Source: Pelomyxa schiedti (taxonomy: Eukaryota; Protista; Evosea). Taken from it: a stretch of 64,000 bases of DNA. The notes under the pieces were generated by a model. That model was not told where the DNA came from, made no database searches, and was given only the letters and a program-made list of their open reading frames with translations. The stretch covers positions 48,036-112,035 of the forward strand of contig JAHLWZ010000821.1 of the NCBI GenBank assembly GCA_020536535.1. Direction: 5' to 3'. Positions 28,039 to 40,119 of this stretch are shown in pieces. Position numbers and translations under genes: made by a program. The number at the start of each line of letters is the position of its first letter. Positions within the stretch are counted from its first letter, which is position 1.

Positions 28039-28487
28039 CGATTCCGCAGTACCTGTTTTCACTGGGGCTGGGAGTTACACTGCTGCAGATTAGGAAGGCC
28101 GGTGGCACTTTTGTGGGATCGTGGTGCAGTGTTCTCGCTGAGAACGTGTGTCTGTGCAGTTGCGCCAATGGAACCTTCCATGGAAGGCATCCGGTGGCGA
28201 GGCGGCGATTCCGCAGTACCTGTTTTCACTGGGGCTGGGAGTTACGCTGCTGCAGATTGCTCCTTTGAGGAAGACCGGTGGCACTTTTGTGGCATTGCGG
28301 ATGCAGTGTTCGAAGGCTGGACCCTCGCTTTGGTTGACCGGCACTGTGCGTGGCCAGATATGGTTGCACATCATATTTTGCTATCACCACTCAAAATATG
28401 ATGCGCCACCATATCTGGCCACGCACCGTCCCGGTCAACCAAAGCGACGATTCCGCAGTACCTGTTTTCACTGGGGCTGGGAGTTAC
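28039..28487 (+). repeat. Three exact copies of a 40-bp core (28039-28078, 28206-28245, 28448-28487) in rearranged gene-fragment DNA
   Basis: cgattccgcagtacctgttttcactggggctgggagttac occurs three times. Copies 1 and 2 share a further ~55 bp of diverged sequence. Confidence 0.92.
28325..28447. repeat. Fold-back hairpin: 56-bp stem with 4 mismatches and an 11-nt loop
   Basis: 28325-28380 is the reverse complement of 28392-28447; loop ctatcaccact. Confidence 0.93.
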
Positions 28488-28884
28488 GCGTAGGAGGTGC
28501 ACCTCTTACGCGAGCCGCGAGTGGGCATGGAGGATGTATTCACTGAGCTTCTGCAAATACAAGCAGTATGCGGGTTCCCTTCTCTCCCGAGGTATAATCC
28601 CCCGACAGCAACGTGGTTCAGGCCATCAGCGGTTACAAAGAAGGAGTGCAGTTCTTGTGAAAATTTTCCTTTACCCCCGTGATCATCTCCAATACAAGAA
28701 CACTAACTTGGCAAAATTACATGGATTTGTGACAATTTTCTTACTTTTCTGGGTCTAATTTTTCCTTTTTTCCACTCGCATGCCAAACTTTGTTTTAGGG
28801 TTTTTCTCATGGGAGTGATGCTGTGTTTGTCAGGTTGAGCATTGGCCTGAAGCAGTCCACAAATCACTGAGCAATCCTCAGTTG

Positions 28885-30108
28885 TCACCAAAAACCTGGA
28901 CTTGATTCATCAGGGGAGAAGAAAACAGGGTCTGTGGTTGGAATTCTGAAGCCACCAATGTGGAAACCAGTGCCACCATCATGCAATTCAAACTGGATAT
29001 CAGAGGTTTTCCGGTACTTCAATTGGTCATGTGACGTTGAGACAATGAGGCCTGAGGGAAGGCTTGCTGCTGCCCATGTGCACGGGGTGCAAAGAGAAGG
29101 TGTTGTGAGGTTTTTAGTTGAATACACTTGAAATTCTGTTGCCGGACAACCCATGACAAAGATGTGATGTGAGCCCACAGGGATCACATGATTCACACAC
29201 TTTGGAAACAGCTTAACTGGATTTCCAGTTGCGGTGTCCTTCAAAATAATGCATGATGAATAGCCATAGTGCAAGGAGCATGTGGAACCATCAGGCATCC
29301 ACAAGATTCCAAAGGGTTCACGCTTGCTGCACTTTACAACCGATTTGACAACCACATTCTTGCTGTTGAAGCTGGCTTCCAAGTCTATGAATTCCACGAA
29401 TGACAGCGCAGAGCTGAATGCCATCACATCATCATCACACAGCGGTGAGAACTGCAACAGCGTGGCATCAACTCCCTCGAATCTCTGCTCCTCTGACAGA
29501 ACCAGGCCCGCCCCACCGTCGCAACGGGGGTCAAGAACCTTCCAGACACACATCTCCCCCCGACTTGGAAGTCCCACAATCCACTTGCTGTTGCACCACA
29601 CCAGGCAGTCCAGTCTCCCAAGAGACGCCAGGACCTCGGACGGCGCGCGCCCGCCGTCGTCGCCGCCATCCGCCGCAGCCGCCACGTCCTCGACTCGGTA
29701 CTCCCTGACCACCACGCCGGCTCGCAGCTCCATCGAGCAGGCCAGCACCCTGCCCTGGCCCACGCAGCCGCGCACCGCCCCCCACTTCCCCTCCTGCCTG
29801 AACCAGCGCGACGACACCAGGCCCAGCGTCGGCGACACGCTCGCGCACAGCCTGTGGCCTCGGATCGGCAGCTGGAACACGGCGTGCGCGGCGGGCCTGA
29901 CCACCCAGTCCCTGGCCCACGCGCGCGCGAGCGACGTCGACTGCGCCCATCGGACCAGCGACGGGGCTGGGGGCGTTGGTGGCGGCGGTGATCTTTTGGC
30001 GACAACGGGGGCGCAGAGCAGGGCCAGGGCTTGGGACTTGGCAGTGGTTGTTGTGACCCTGGGGTCCATCTGCAAGTGTGGCTGTTGATGCGGGTGCTGT
30101 TGTCCCAT
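28885..30108 (-). CDS. Intronless lineage-expanded hypothetical protein, probably with a beta-rich C-terminal part
   Basis: Uninterrupted ~407-aa ORF from ATG 30108 with TAKSQALALL, WARDWVV, VSPTLGLV, CNSKWIV motifs, paralleled in the 49007-50353 protein. Confidence 0.8.
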   Translation of the reverse strand: MGQQHPHQQPHLQMDPRVTTTTAKSQALALLCAPVVAKRSPPPPTPPAPSLVRWAQSTSLARAWARDWVVRPAAHAVFQLPIRGHRLCASVSPTLGLVSSRWFRQEGKWGAVRGCVGQGRVLACSMELRAGVVVREYRVEDVAAAADGGDDGGRAPSEVLASLGRLDCLVWCNSKWIVGLPSRGEMCVWKVLDPRCDGGAGLVLSEEQRFEGVDATLLQFSPLCDDDVMAFSSALSFVEFIDLEASFNSKNVVVKSVVKCSKREPFGILWMPDGSTCSLHYGYSSCIILKDTATGNPVKLFPKCVNHVIPVGSHHIFVMGCPATEFQVYSTKNLTTPSLCTPCTWAAASLPSGLIVSTSHDQLKYRKTSDIQFELHDGGTGFHIGGFRIPTTDPVFFSPDESSPGFW

Positions 30109-31854
30109 CGTAGAATCGTGGGCGAGTGATTTCTCAGAACAGTTTTTTTTTGAAAACTGGAAATTGTTTATTATTAAAGGCAAAGATGTCACTGTCGGGG
30201 TCGGTGCTGGACAGTAGTGAGTAAATTGCGTTGTAATGGAGACCCGCGATAACAACGTTATGACGCAAATTCCGCAGATCTAGAGAATGTCATAATGAGC
30301 AGTTTGGACACTGATTCGCCTTCCGAAGAAGATAGTAACACTCTCACTCTTAGTAGTAATACGCATTACAAACGCAATATTACCATGACATGCTGCATAT
30401 GATTTATTCTTTTATATAATTTATTCCAAGTGATTTCGGGGTTCAATATTCTCAGGAGTTTCCCGGAAATGAACATACAACCATCTCGGTGTGAACATGG
30501 GAACTGTATAACCTCGTTATAATTGTTTTTCCCTCTATCAGCCGCTTATATGTCTGTGCTTTGAAAGCCCTTCATCAATCACCATCACTGGAAGTTACAA
30601 ACTCGTGCTATTCAACTTTGTTATCTGTGATCAACCAGCAAAGTTACGAAGTACCGCCACCCGTTTCTGATAGTCAGTTTAATTCTCATGCCTTCCAAGG
30701 AAAGTGCTGAGCTGGACCCCCCTGCTAAAGATGCTGTATGGACCCTTTTTATGGACTTACTTGCAGACTTGGCCTCAGCTCTACAAACAGTTTTAATTTT
30801 TTATGTTTTTCGACTTACATACATGTTATCCTTAACAGGTAAGAACATACAATGCATTAACGTGCCTCAAAATACTGACTAATTGCACTACAATACCAAT
30901 TATCAGTTCCCGTGCATGTTGTCCGTCCATCTCCTTCTTAGGTCTTTGACTCTATTCCAGTTATCCCTCGAGTGGTGTACGGTCCAAATGAAGCACTCCG
31001 AGAGCAACTCTTCGATGCAATTTTTACGGTATTTCAGCATGCAGAGGATGTAATTCATTTGGATATGATGCAGTGTATTGTTCGGCAAGTAATATACCAA
31101 TGCATTTCCCCTGTTCGCACTCAGCTATTAAAATAGGTGTGTTCAATTTATGTACAGCGGAAACAACTAGATGGGCTCAAGAAAATGACGAGAATGGTGA
31201 CAGCTAAATTTTGGAAGCTAAAGAAACTAAGTTCGAGAATGAACCTTGCCGAAGCGTTTTGTTGGTCTCTTGACACGGAGCAAAGACCCATATTCCTAGA
31301 TGATCTTTTATCTTACAATCTCCCCTTTCGGCATCTTGGCCAGAAGTACCGCAGACTTTCCATGTCCTGGGAAAAGCTTTCTACCTTCGTACTGTTTTGC
31401 ATCATTATTTTCTTTTCAATAATGGAAATTTAAGTTTGAGAACCTCTCAGCCTTGAAGTCAGATGATGAACTGGACATTGAGGACATTCAAAGTCATCTC
31501 TACTTATCCTGTCAGCTTGTTGTTCATCTCAGTGGTAGTAGCTATCCCCACCATCCCAACCACATTGACTCTTTCTGCAGAAAGTCCCAAACAGCTTGAC
31601 TCCCAATCACAGGCTCAAAGAAGTATAGGTGAGCACCTTAGCATCATTGAGAAGAAAATCCCCAAGAAGCTACATTGTGAGTTTCCTCCCAGGGTAGCCA
31701 TTCTCCTGCCACTCGTTCGTCAAATTGTACAGAGTTAGCTTCTCTTTTCTGCCAAGGGACTTCTTTGTTTGTTTCAATAAAACTCACAATAAGAGAGCCC
31801 CAACTTTTGCCCAGCAGCACACCCTAAAAAAAAGAAAAACGATACGGGTTTTTG

Positions 31855-34800
31855 ATGGATAGCCCTCGTAGGGATTCACGCGTGCGGCGGCGACCTTTTG
31901 GGGTGGAGGATGATGACCACGACGACGAGGCCACGGCAACGCGGTCCCATAATCTGCCAACAGCAGCCGATTTTCAGGACCTGCAGGTCTCCACGAGGGC
32001 CACAACCACCAGCAGCAGAGGCGTGCCCAGTCGTGTGACTGCTTCCACGACTGCTCCCACAAGTGGGGAAACTGCTGTTGTTAGGACTACTAGTAGTACA
32101 ACCAGCACCACGGCAATGGGGCGTGGTGGTGCCGGTGGATGTGGTGGCGTGTCTGAGTTTCAGTTTGGGTTCCCGTTTGAGCCTTATGACGTCCAGGTCT
32201 CATTTATGCAAACTTTGGTGGAGGCAATTGTGGGTGGGAGATTGGGCCTGTTTGAATCACCAACTGGAACAGTGAGTCTATTCTATTGTCTATCTGCTCT
32301 AGTCACCACTTGCTTTTTACTCTTTTCAGGGAAAGTCACTAAGTATAATCTGTGGTACACTCCACTGGCTGACCACTCAGAGTACATGTATTTGATTTGG
32401 CTATTTACATTTTTTCCATGTGGTTTCAGCTCTGTCTAAGTCGGGTCTAGTGCCATTGGAAACCCAAATTTCCACTTCTGCCAGCAATGTACTTGCCAAT
32501 CCTGAAACTACATCCTCGTCATTGACTGAAGCTGACGAACTCGAGGAATCTGTACCCACAGAGACATCTCCAGCATCTGAAGTTAGTGTACCTGACTGGG
32601 TTCTTGACTATAAAAATCGTATGGCACAAGAAGAAACCGCTTCAAGGCACGCGGAGCAGCAAGCAATGGTATCCCAGCATCCCAAGCCAACTAATGTTCC
32701 CTGCTAGCGAGACCGTCTTCGAAAACGGCTCAACGAGATAAAATTAAGTGTTGCATCAGGAGATTTGCACCCTTGTAAGATTCGAAGAGTGTGTTTTCTT
32801 TCACCCTACCATCTCCTGACATCACTGCAGGTTGAAGGCGCCACAGCAGCTGAGTCTGACTCAAAATTTTCATTGACTGATTACGACAGTGATGGGGGGG
32901 AGGAGCCATCTAGTGGAAGTGACTCTGACAGTGATGGCCCAACTACTGAAGGAGGTGATGACTTTACATTTGATGAAAGAAAGGTTTTCTTTTCTACAAA
33001 TACCAACCTTTACAATTCCTTTAGATTTTTTATTGTAGTCGAACCCACACACAGCTCTCTCAATTTGTCAATGAAGTCAAACGAACGAAGTATGCCAGTG
33101 ATCTACAACTTGTGTGCTTGGCATCCAGAAAGCAGTTGTGCATAAACACTAGTGTAAACTCTCTAGGGTCAGTGAACAAAATGAATGACAAATGCCTTGA
33201 TCTAATAAAGAGCAACGGTTCTTTCCAAGATTAATTTACGTGCACTCACTTGCTACCAGGGTGTCCATTTTACACAGACGCTGAAGGTCAAAGTCTGTTC
33301 CGAGATCATGTTTTGGTACTCAACTATTGTGCATAACGTGTATTGAATGCGTATAGGCTCAGGTGCAAGATATTGAGGAACTTGTCTCACTCGGCAAAAA
33401 ACTGCTCTGCTGTCCATACTATGGGACACGAATGGCCATCAAACCCGCGCAACTAGTTGTCTTGCCTTACCAGATACTGTTTTACAACCAAACGAGAGAC
33501 TGGTTGGGCATAAACCTCAATGTACCTCCTGCAACGACCGAAAAAGGAATAAAATTTCTTCAGGAAAATGTGGTAGTAATTGATGAAGCACATAACCTTG
33601 CTGACGCCATAAACTCCATTTATAGTGTTGAGTTAAATCTTGCCCAGGTTTGTGTCTGTTCTGTTTCACTATGAATGACAATAAAAAGATTGAATGTGCT
33701 CACACACAACTTACACAATATCTTGATCGATATCAAACACGGCTAAATGCAAAGAACATGGTTTACATCAAGCAAATTTTGTATATTATTGCTGCTCTTA
33801 CAACTGCACTTTCGTCAGGAACACAAAGTTACAAATTAATCTCCCAACTCCAATAACCTTTACCCAGCTGGAATCAAAAGCATAAATGACTTTATCTTCG
33901 ATTTAAAGATTGATAACTACAACTTCTGGAAACTAGAGCGGTACTTTCAAAGGAGTGACATTGTCCACAAGGTTGTACTCCCAGGTGAACCCGGACTTAT
34001 TTTGTTGCATTCTTAGGTCATGGGTTTCTGTGACAAAGTGATTCCTCAGACCAGTGATGTCCCATCTACCGACGACGACTTGATTGGGCGACACAGGCCT
34101 GCCCTTGGGCAAGTGGAAAACTTCTTATTAGCTTTAACAAACGCCGATCGTGATGGACGTATTTTGATCACTATAAATGGTATCGAGTTTTATGGCAACT
34201 TATCCATTCACACTTCTTCTAGCACAGAACAAACAGGCATCCAGTATTCGGTTTTTACTCTTGAATCCCGAAGCCCACTTTGCAGATGTCATTGAGCAAT
34301 CAAAAGCAACGATACTGGCTGGTGGCACATTACAACCAGTAAGTAAGCCCACAGGCAAAAAAAAATTTTCCCTAAAGCCTTTACAGATGTCAACATTCAA
34401 ACTTCAGCTAATGGACAAGAAAGTTTTAAAACAAATAACAGAATTTTCTTGCGGGCATGTGATACCACCATCTAATTTGCTACTGGTTCCGTTATGTGAA
34501 GGTCCCACTGGTTCTTCTTTTGAGCTCAATTTTTCAACACGCTCGGCACCTAATGTGGTAAGAACAACAACCTCAAAAGGAATTACTCCCTCTCTATCAA
34601 AAGATGCATGACCTGGGTCGAGCCTTGTCAAATCTATGCAGTATTGTTCCTGATGGCGTTGTTTGTTTTTTTCCAAGTTACTCTTATCTGGAAGAGGTTA
34701 TGAGATATTGGGAGCACACAGGCGTCAAATCCCAAATTGCCCGAAAAAAGGAAGTAAGTGGTGTACACTGTTTGAATAGCTCAAAGTTTAATTCTTTCAA

Positions 34801-35565
34801 GTTGTTTACTGAACCAACTGACTCCAATGCCGTGGAGTTAGTACTGAGAAAATATCGCGCCGCTATAGATACAAGCTTCCCCGTGGAAGTAATTCCAAGT
34901 TAATCGGTTCGCCCACTAACCACTCTGTTACCAGGGATCACCAAATAAACCAAGAGGAGCGGTGTTATGTGCCGTAGTTGGAGGAAAAATGTCTGAGGGA
35001 ATCAACTTCTCTGATGGAATGGCAAGGTAAAAAGTATGGCTATGGGGTCTATGTGTAACCTCGGCCTTAAGGTGTGTAATCATGGTCGGGATGCCATATC
35101 CAAATATCAAAGACCCCATCCTCGCCGAAAAGATGAAGTACATCAAAGAGCGTTCAATTTCCGCTTCGATCCCCGATGCCAGCAGCCAGTTTTATGAAGA
35201 TACGTGTATGAAAGCTGTCAACCAATCAATAGGTTTGGTTTCGCAAATAACTCCACCGCTGATTCTCTTTTCTCCAAATAGGCCGAGCCATCAGGCACGC
35301 ACAAGACTATGCTGTAATTATCCTTGCTGATGTTCGCTACACACGGCCCGCTGTTCAATCCAAGCTTCCACATTGGATGCAGGACCGAATTTTAACACCA
35401 AAAACAAACATTCCTGGAATGCCTTCCAGACCTCCTAAATTTGGTGAGAGCTTTGCTGCTGTGGCCCAGTTTTTCAGAAACAAGAAACCCCATCAAGTTG
35501 CCCTTGAGGAAATGAGGAGGAACAAAAGGGCTACCCACACCTCTACTGTCACTAAAAATTCATAG
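31855..35565 (+). CDS. DDX11: DDX11/Chl1 Fe-S cluster SF2 DNA helicase (XPD family), multi-exon
   Basis: [16 protein letters not shown]|[99 protein letters not shown]. Confidence 0.93.
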
Positions 35566-35635
35566 TCACATAAGAAAAAAAAGTCCTTTGGGGACAGTTT
35601 CTTAGTTCTTTTTTTACAGTGTGTATAGAGGAATT

Positions 35636-36930
35636 CTACAAATTACGGGGTTGCATTTCAATGGCAGCATCAAGGTTTCTCCACTGTTTTCACAGGGTGA
35701 GTTAGCTGTTGCTGGGTGGATGTTAAACATACTTTGTGATAAAACGAGAACATCTGTGACTTGATCATTCTTTGCAGTGCTATAACACAAAATATACATT
35801 CGGGTATAATAAACAGCAGCATGCACAATTCAGCCGCGAAGTGAAACGGAGTTATAGTTTCTGCTCTCAGATTGCTGATAAACAGAAAGCACAAAAGAGG
35901 AAACTGCGGAAATACAGTGAGAAGCCCAAAGGCTGCTAATTGAGGTACCTTGTTTTGAATGCTATTACAAAAAAGATATGTGCACAAAAAAAAAAAAGAA
36001 AGAAAGACCAACATTCTCTGTCAAATTGCCTGAGTACCCCGTATATAATCTGAAAGGTTCAACCAAAACCCAGAATGAATAAGCGATGGCAGTGAAAACC
36101 ATGCGAATTCTCGTCATATCATCACTCTGGAGAATGAAACAATATGAGAACAATGCTTGGTGACTAAATTGAATAGGGGTTATTGTATGTGTGCTTGTAA
36201 TGTATCTTTATGCAAGCGCTTGCTACATGACAAGCACTCATTCGTGTGTAGCGTTGCGCGTTTCCAACAACAAGGCAAGCAAGAAAAGGTTCACCTTGGA
36301 AGCAAAAACCCCTATCTCGCAGGGAGCCCACAGCACCGAGAAGTACACGTTGAAGTAGACCAACATCTGCAGCGGCAAGCTCGAACTGATGACAGCAGGA
36401 GGCCCATCAACCACACCCACCACCTCACCATTCCCCCCATTCCCATTCCCATTCCCATTCCCATTCCCATTCCCATTCCCATTCCCATTATTCCCGCTTC
36501 CATTTCCAACACCACCACCAGCTCCCATAATCGTTCCTGGTGCACTCGTCGCCGTCTGCGCCGCGGGTGCCGTGGGCGGTGTCGTGGCAACGGCGGGGGC
36601 GTTGGCGGGTGTGGGAGACGTCGCGGCCGGCGGCGCCGTGGGTTGCTTGTTGCTCTCTCTCTTTGGTGGCAGCGACCCCGCGGCGGTTGTGGAACTGTCA
36701 TTGTGGTCCTCGTAGTCGTTGTAGTTGTCGTGGTCGTTGTCGTGGTCGTGGTCGTGGCCGAGGACCTGGAGGGGCACGTCGCGTGCCCGGCGGGCGGGGC
36801 GCTTGTGCGACGTGGGCTTGGCGGGTTTAGACTTGTGGGACTTGGCGCGTGCGCTCGCGGCGCCGGACGACGGGTCGTCAGCGTCTTCACCAACCGACTG
36901 TGGCGACGAAGAACGCCCGCGGTGCCTCAT
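35636..36930 (-). CDS. TMEM17: TMEM17-like ciliary transition-zone membrane protein with a long low-complexity N-terminus
   Basis: SSSLPLQMLVYFNVYF...VEPFRLYTGYSGNLTEN|VPQLAAFGLLTVFPQFP matches the TMEM17/TMEM216 family signature. Confidence 0.85.
36436..36490. repeat. (CCCATT)n hexamer repeat encoding (GN)n in the TMEM17 N-terminus
   Basis: About 9 tandem units, directly visible. Confidence 0.9.
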
Positions 36931-37278
36931 TGCCAAACGAAAAAATTGCTTCCCAGAAGCAGCTCCTTCGAGGTTCCTCTGGGGGAACTCACCTCACTCT
37001 GTTGGAGTACGTGGGCGTGGAGTTGCATCTCATCTTCAGTGACTTTTCATCGGGGTAGCACTTCGCAGGCTTCAGATACATCCGCGAATTCCACAGTTGC
37101 AAAATTGGGGGAAGGCAATAACGCACGGGGTCCCCAATGCACGTAGAAGGTAAAGAGTGCTCCCCATTGGGCACTCTTTTAAAAAAAGAGGACCACCCAC
37201 CAAATCGTAAACAAAATAACCAGACCAAACAAGCATAAAGCCAAGGGGTATCAAGCCCACCAGTAACCCAAAGCAAGA

Positions 37279-38846
37279 ATGGCCAACAACACAAACGCCA
37301 ACAATACCAATATCGATACCAATGCTAATAGTATACCAAGTGATGCCCAAATTCTGATGGTCAATGGTATTAAATAATTTACCCTTTTTTTCCCTCTTTT
37401 TGTTAACATATTAATCTCTCTTATGTTACGTCTTTTTCCAAATTCTAACAAATTCTAAATTCTAACCTGTTTTCAAATGTAGTTATTGAGGCTTCGGGGA
37501 TCAAGAGCACCAATGTCATTGGGAAGCAGTCGGACTCTTTTGTCACTGTTCACGTAAACGAGAAGATGGTGTCTCAGACGCGAATAGTGGAAAACTCGCT
37601 GTCTCCAAAGTATAACCAAGTTTTGAGAGTCCCACTGTCCGCAAATATCATCCAAGACACTGTGCAGGTGTTTGTGTATGGGTCTCACTGGTGGAGCAAC
37701 GAATTCATTGGCAGAGTTGAAATTCCCGCTCCAATGATTGCCCTCGTACTGAACACGGCGCAACATGACACCTGGCTCAAGCTCCTGCCTCCCCAGAGGT
37801 GCATTGACCCTAAGAATCGCTATCCTGGCTTCATTCACCTCGGATTTTCTGTGGAGGCTCCTACGGAACCTTCATCACCTATCGGTTCACCAAACGCACA
37901 AAAGCAAGCTGTCACAACACAAGCTCCTGTAGTTCCTTCTCCACAACCAAATCCATTGCAATGTGTGGCGGAGTGCCCGATGTGTGGAATTATGTTCCCT
38001 CAGTCTGTAATCGTGGAACATGTAAACTCATGTCTCGAGAAAGGCGAGAAGAAGGAACCGAATAATGAAGAACTCCCATGCTACCCCCCTCCCTATCTTC
38101 CTCCGCAAGGAGCTGTAGCCAATACTATTCCAACGGTTTTCCCGCCATCAGTTACTCAACCATGCGGGTTCTGGATTCCACAGTTCCAAATCCAACCAAC
38201 ACAAATTCAGGGGCAACAACAAGTGTTGCCTTTCATTCTTCAACAACCCCTTATCACCGGTAATCAACAACTTCTGGCCCAACTTCAACCACCCCCACCA
38301 CCTCCGCAGCAACAAGTAATGCAGCAGCAACAAATTCCACAATTACCACCCCAAATGTATACACAGCAACCACAACAAAATCAGCTGCCAACTCAACAAG
38401 TACCTTCGCAACCCCAATCTCAACCACAGTCACAAGCACAACAGCTATGCACACCATTCTTCACGCAGATGTATCCCCAAATGCAAAACCAACAACTGCA
38501 ACCGCAACCACAAACCCCAACACAACTACAACCGCAATCGCCTCCACAGCTTCAAACACAAACACAAGCACAAGCACAACGACAACTACAACCGCAGTCT
38601 CAACCACAGTCTCAAACACAACAACTTATTCAATTACTCCAACCCCAAATGCCACCACAACCCATACCACAACTTCCATCACCACCTCCAGTTCAATTGC
38701 TGCTGCAAGGTCAACCACAACAAACCCCACCTCCCCCACAACAACAACCTCCAGTGCTCACAGGCCAATCACCACTCTATCTCCCCACCCCATCGAACCA
38801 GTGCTACGCCTTTATGCAACCCTACTCCGGACAAAAATCTCTATAA
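37279..38846 (+). CDS. C2-domain protein with a UBZ-type zinc finger and P/Q-rich tail (intron 37367-37482)
   Basis: C2: LMVN|VIEASGIK...SDSFVTV...TRIVENSLSPKYNQ...EFIGRVEIP...TWLKL...GFIHL. Finger: ECPMCGIMFPQSVIVEHVNSCL. Also a PPPY motif. Confidence 0.85.
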
Positions 38847-39749
38847 AAACCAAATCCCGTGTAATCCCTAGAAAACAATTAACAATTAACATTCGCTCTT
38901 GCTTAATTCTTTCTTTCGGTGTTTTGCCCTTGGTCCAACTTGGTACCATCATGTTCCTTCTTTTTTTTGTGCGAAGCCGAGGGGCATGCGTCAAGACGTC
39001 AAGGTGAATAGCCGCGTTACGCGGGAATTGTGAGCGACATAACCCACAATTGAGGGATGGAACTTGCTCAAGCTGTTAGCAGTTACGGAACCTAGCCGAG
39101 GTTCCTCGACTTTTGAAGGATTCTTTTTGAGTTACGATGAGCTACGAATCTCTACCCGTATTTTGAGCTGGCACATTTCGAGGTATATTGGTAGCCTCAA
39201 CTCTGAGGTTATGCATGGTGTGGTTTTTCCTCACAGACCATCAGCAGAGTATTAGTTTTTCCGACCAATGCATATGGTGATGGGTGCCGGTTATGTTGAA
39301 TATCTATCTAGTTCAGGAACCCAACCAGGCCGTGGTAAAGATATCACTGTAAATCAGCCACGCTATTTATAATGATAATTCATTTCTTTGACAGACCTCT
39401 CTGGTGAACAAAAGGTGATAAAATTGGTAGTAAAGACCTCTCTCAAGGAATCCTATGAGTAGAGACCATTGAAGTTACAAAAACGCATGCGTTTCGAATT
39501 ACCACTTCTCACTTCATGTGCACCACACATGTGTAATTTTATGGATTTCACTGTACTTGAGAGCATGGGTAAAAAAACATTTTCGACATTGCTCTAAAAT
39601 GACGAACTCCCAGACGCATGAAAAAGGTTCACATGCAACAAAAACACTCGAAGTCCACCAAACCAATATCTGAATAGAACATTAGATTTTCTCTAGATAC
39701 TAAGAACTAGATTTCGCAGTTGCAAAAGTAAAAAAAAAAACGCGTACCG

Positions 39750-39801
39750 AGATCTGTGTCGCACGAGCGGCCACGCCGTAGATCTTGTCACGAGCGGCCA
39801 C
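39750..39801. repeat. Tandem imperfect direct repeat (agatct..tgtc..cacgagcggccac x2), possible subterminal repeat of the hAT element
   Basis: 39750-39774 and 39780-39801, upstream of the transposase remnant. Confidence 0.55.
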
Positions 39802-40119
39802 ATACTGTATAAATTTGTTCAATGCTATGGTTGTCGTTTCCTTTCTCCTGTTTTTCTTCTTCCGAGACGCGTACCTCGTTTGCTAACCGTTGTCGACAAC
39901 GCAATAGTGCGCGAGCCGTACGACGTGAGGAATGTTTCCACAATTATGTGTACATTTATGGAGCTCGCGACCCACAATGAACTTGGAGCTCTGGTAGTAC
40001 TTTTTTTTCTCCTGCCTCACAAACACATAGCAACTTATTTAGTCACGTACTTTCTCTTCGGCCGTAAACACCAAGGTACTGCCTGTTGTGGTTTCTTATC
40101 ATTCATTTAAATAGTATTT

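Noticed and set aside
28039-28487. Three identical 40-bp repeats with intervening sequence, superficially CRISPR-like
   Set aside because: Spacers are 127 and 202 bp and partly homologous to each other, the context is eukaryotic and there are no cas genes. Local duplication explains it.
30294-31740. Possible multi-exon gene or element remnant upstream of DDX11
   Set aside because: Short ORFs and some splice-like signals are present, but no consistent model or recognisable motif could be built by eye.
29282-37146. Long antisense or alternate-frame ORFs (e.g. 29282-30088 +, 36157-37146 +; also 3959-4696 and 57462-58127)
   Set aside because: These are shadows of GC-rich or low-complexity coding sequence with no independent domain signal.
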